Positions 62,804 to 64,000 of a stretch of 64,000 bases of DNA are shown here, one piece after another. A program made the translations under genes and the position numbers. Under the pieces are notes generated by a model. It did no database searches, had not been told where the DNA came from, and saw only the letters and a list, made by a program, of their open reading frames with translations. This stretch comes from Takakia lepidozioides (Eukaryota > Plantae > Bryophyta), in NCBI GenBank assembly GCA_030704615.1, contig CM060734.1:18166001-18230000 (forward strand), written 5' to 3'. How positions within the stretch are numbered: the first letter of the stretch is position 1; every line of letters begins with the position of its first letter.

Positions 62804-64000
62804 TTGGAGGAGGAAAGGAAGGATTCAAATGGAGTTGTAGTCGAAAGTATTGTTGTGCTCCATGATGATTTCGGCGATAGTAGGGAATGGCGAGTTCCAC
62901 CATCAGATAGCGTCATATACAGGGCTGTTGGGGACTTCATTTGCCCGCCAAATGCGCCTTCTATCTTGCCGCCTTCCACAAAACAATCCGTGAATCAGAG
63001 AGTGGGTACCTCAAAGAGAGAACTCCGCAACGAAGTTAATCCAGAGCCGACCCCATCAATGAAGATGAGCAAGAACCGGGTTGTTCACAACCTGTCTGAC
63101 TTAGACGAGGTCATGGAAGTTCCAAGATCATCCTGGAGATCAGCCAAGTCCTCAATGGACATCAGCGGACGAGGGAGTCATATTCCCAGCACGAGCTCAG
63201 CAACTCGATCCATTCTTGATATTTTGCGAGGGCTTCACATGGAGGGACACCGCTCGGAGCTGGCTGGGCTGGACTACAGCAAGTTTGCAATTAAATCTGT
63301 GACATGCCTTCCCGCAGATGTCGACGGCAATATCTTCTTTGAGTTCTCTCCTCGAACGGACTATTCGAGGGCGTCCGGAATGTTGACAGATATGGATAGA
63401 AAACAAGATGGTCATCCTTGGTGCGTCACCAAAACCACCAGCATGAAGATGCTCGATGGTGTGCGGGTGCGCTACGTTGTGTGTGCGGGCGCGCTGCGGT
63501 GTTTCTCCCCAACTTGCTTCCACTTTAAATCCAGAGGTCACATGAATGAGACGGATTGGACACACACAGCTCATCAACCATTTCGAGCTCAGGAAAAGGT
63601 TCCAAACTCCACATTTAAGTGTGCACATTGCAACGAACCACCACATTGCATGTCTGTTTGTAATGCCAAGCAGTTCTATGTGTTGCACCGTTTCCCTGAC
63701 CTCACATGAGCTTGCATACACGTTGTTGTGCATTGTCACAAATTGGCGAGGGGGAACTCGCGGGAGGCTACCCACGAGGCAGAGCAGCTCATTCAGGAGG
63801 AGGTTGAGACCTGGTGCCAAACCCAAACAGATACAGCTGCAGGCCGCCCATAAGATGGCATTGGCCAGAATTATGTCGGGATGGCTCCGACAGAGTTCCT
63901 CTCGATGAGAAGGAAATGGAGGCATTGCTGGAGTCAGTGTCCCACGTCTGTTCACCGAATGTCCAAAACCACATTGTCTCCTGCAAACAGAGAATTGGGC
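62804..64000 (+). pseudogene. Transposase-like gene with GCM/WRKY-GCM1-type zinc-binding domain, disrupted
   Basis: DGHPWCVTKTT...CAGALRC....C...CAHC....C...CNAK, then TGA at 63707 (probably from CGA) followed by ACIHVVVHCH. Frameshift to RPGAKPKQIQ; continues past the window. Confidence 0.6.

Larger units (their letters stand above)
60572..64000 (+). mobile_element. Left part of a DNA transposon with GTGAGC and CACAG subterminal repeats and a GCM-like zinc-finger transposase
   Basis: Abrupt junction with the LINE relic at ~60571. GTGAGC cluster 60598-60690 and CACAG tandem 60700-60880. ORFs downstream. Confidence 0.65.

Overview
Eukaryotic, intron-rich, TE-dominated land-plant DNA. A non-seed plant (bryophyte, lycophyte or fern) is my inference from the gene content. 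Only one host gene looks intact: an 18-exon ERD6-like sugar transporter (46065-54125). The rest is transposons and gene relics: a chromodomain Ty3/Gypsy element (TSD TGGTT, clean 678-bp internal inversion) nested in a LINE, an 8.8-kb long-TIR MULE/SWIM transposon with antisense cargo genes, RLE-type (Dualen/RandI-like) LINE ends with a partner tRNA-SINE, a TTAA piggyBac-like element, a hAT-like MITE, a GCM-like zinc-finger transposon running off the right edge, and PPR, TPP2 and F-box pseudogenes. The best candidate for a new system is at 0.5-7.2 kb. It is a spliced gene predicted to fuse a ParB/Sulfiredoxin-like domain to a bacterial-type beta-class (N4C/N6A) DNA methyltransferase. Its predicted introns hold 12 conserved 20-bp palindromes (TGAGTGCG-N4-CGCACTCA, parS-like), and it appears to be cargo of a DNA transposon. 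Many single-base indels, for example between the two LTRs, suggest some frameshifts are read errors. All protein-family calls are from motif recognition by eye; no searches were run.
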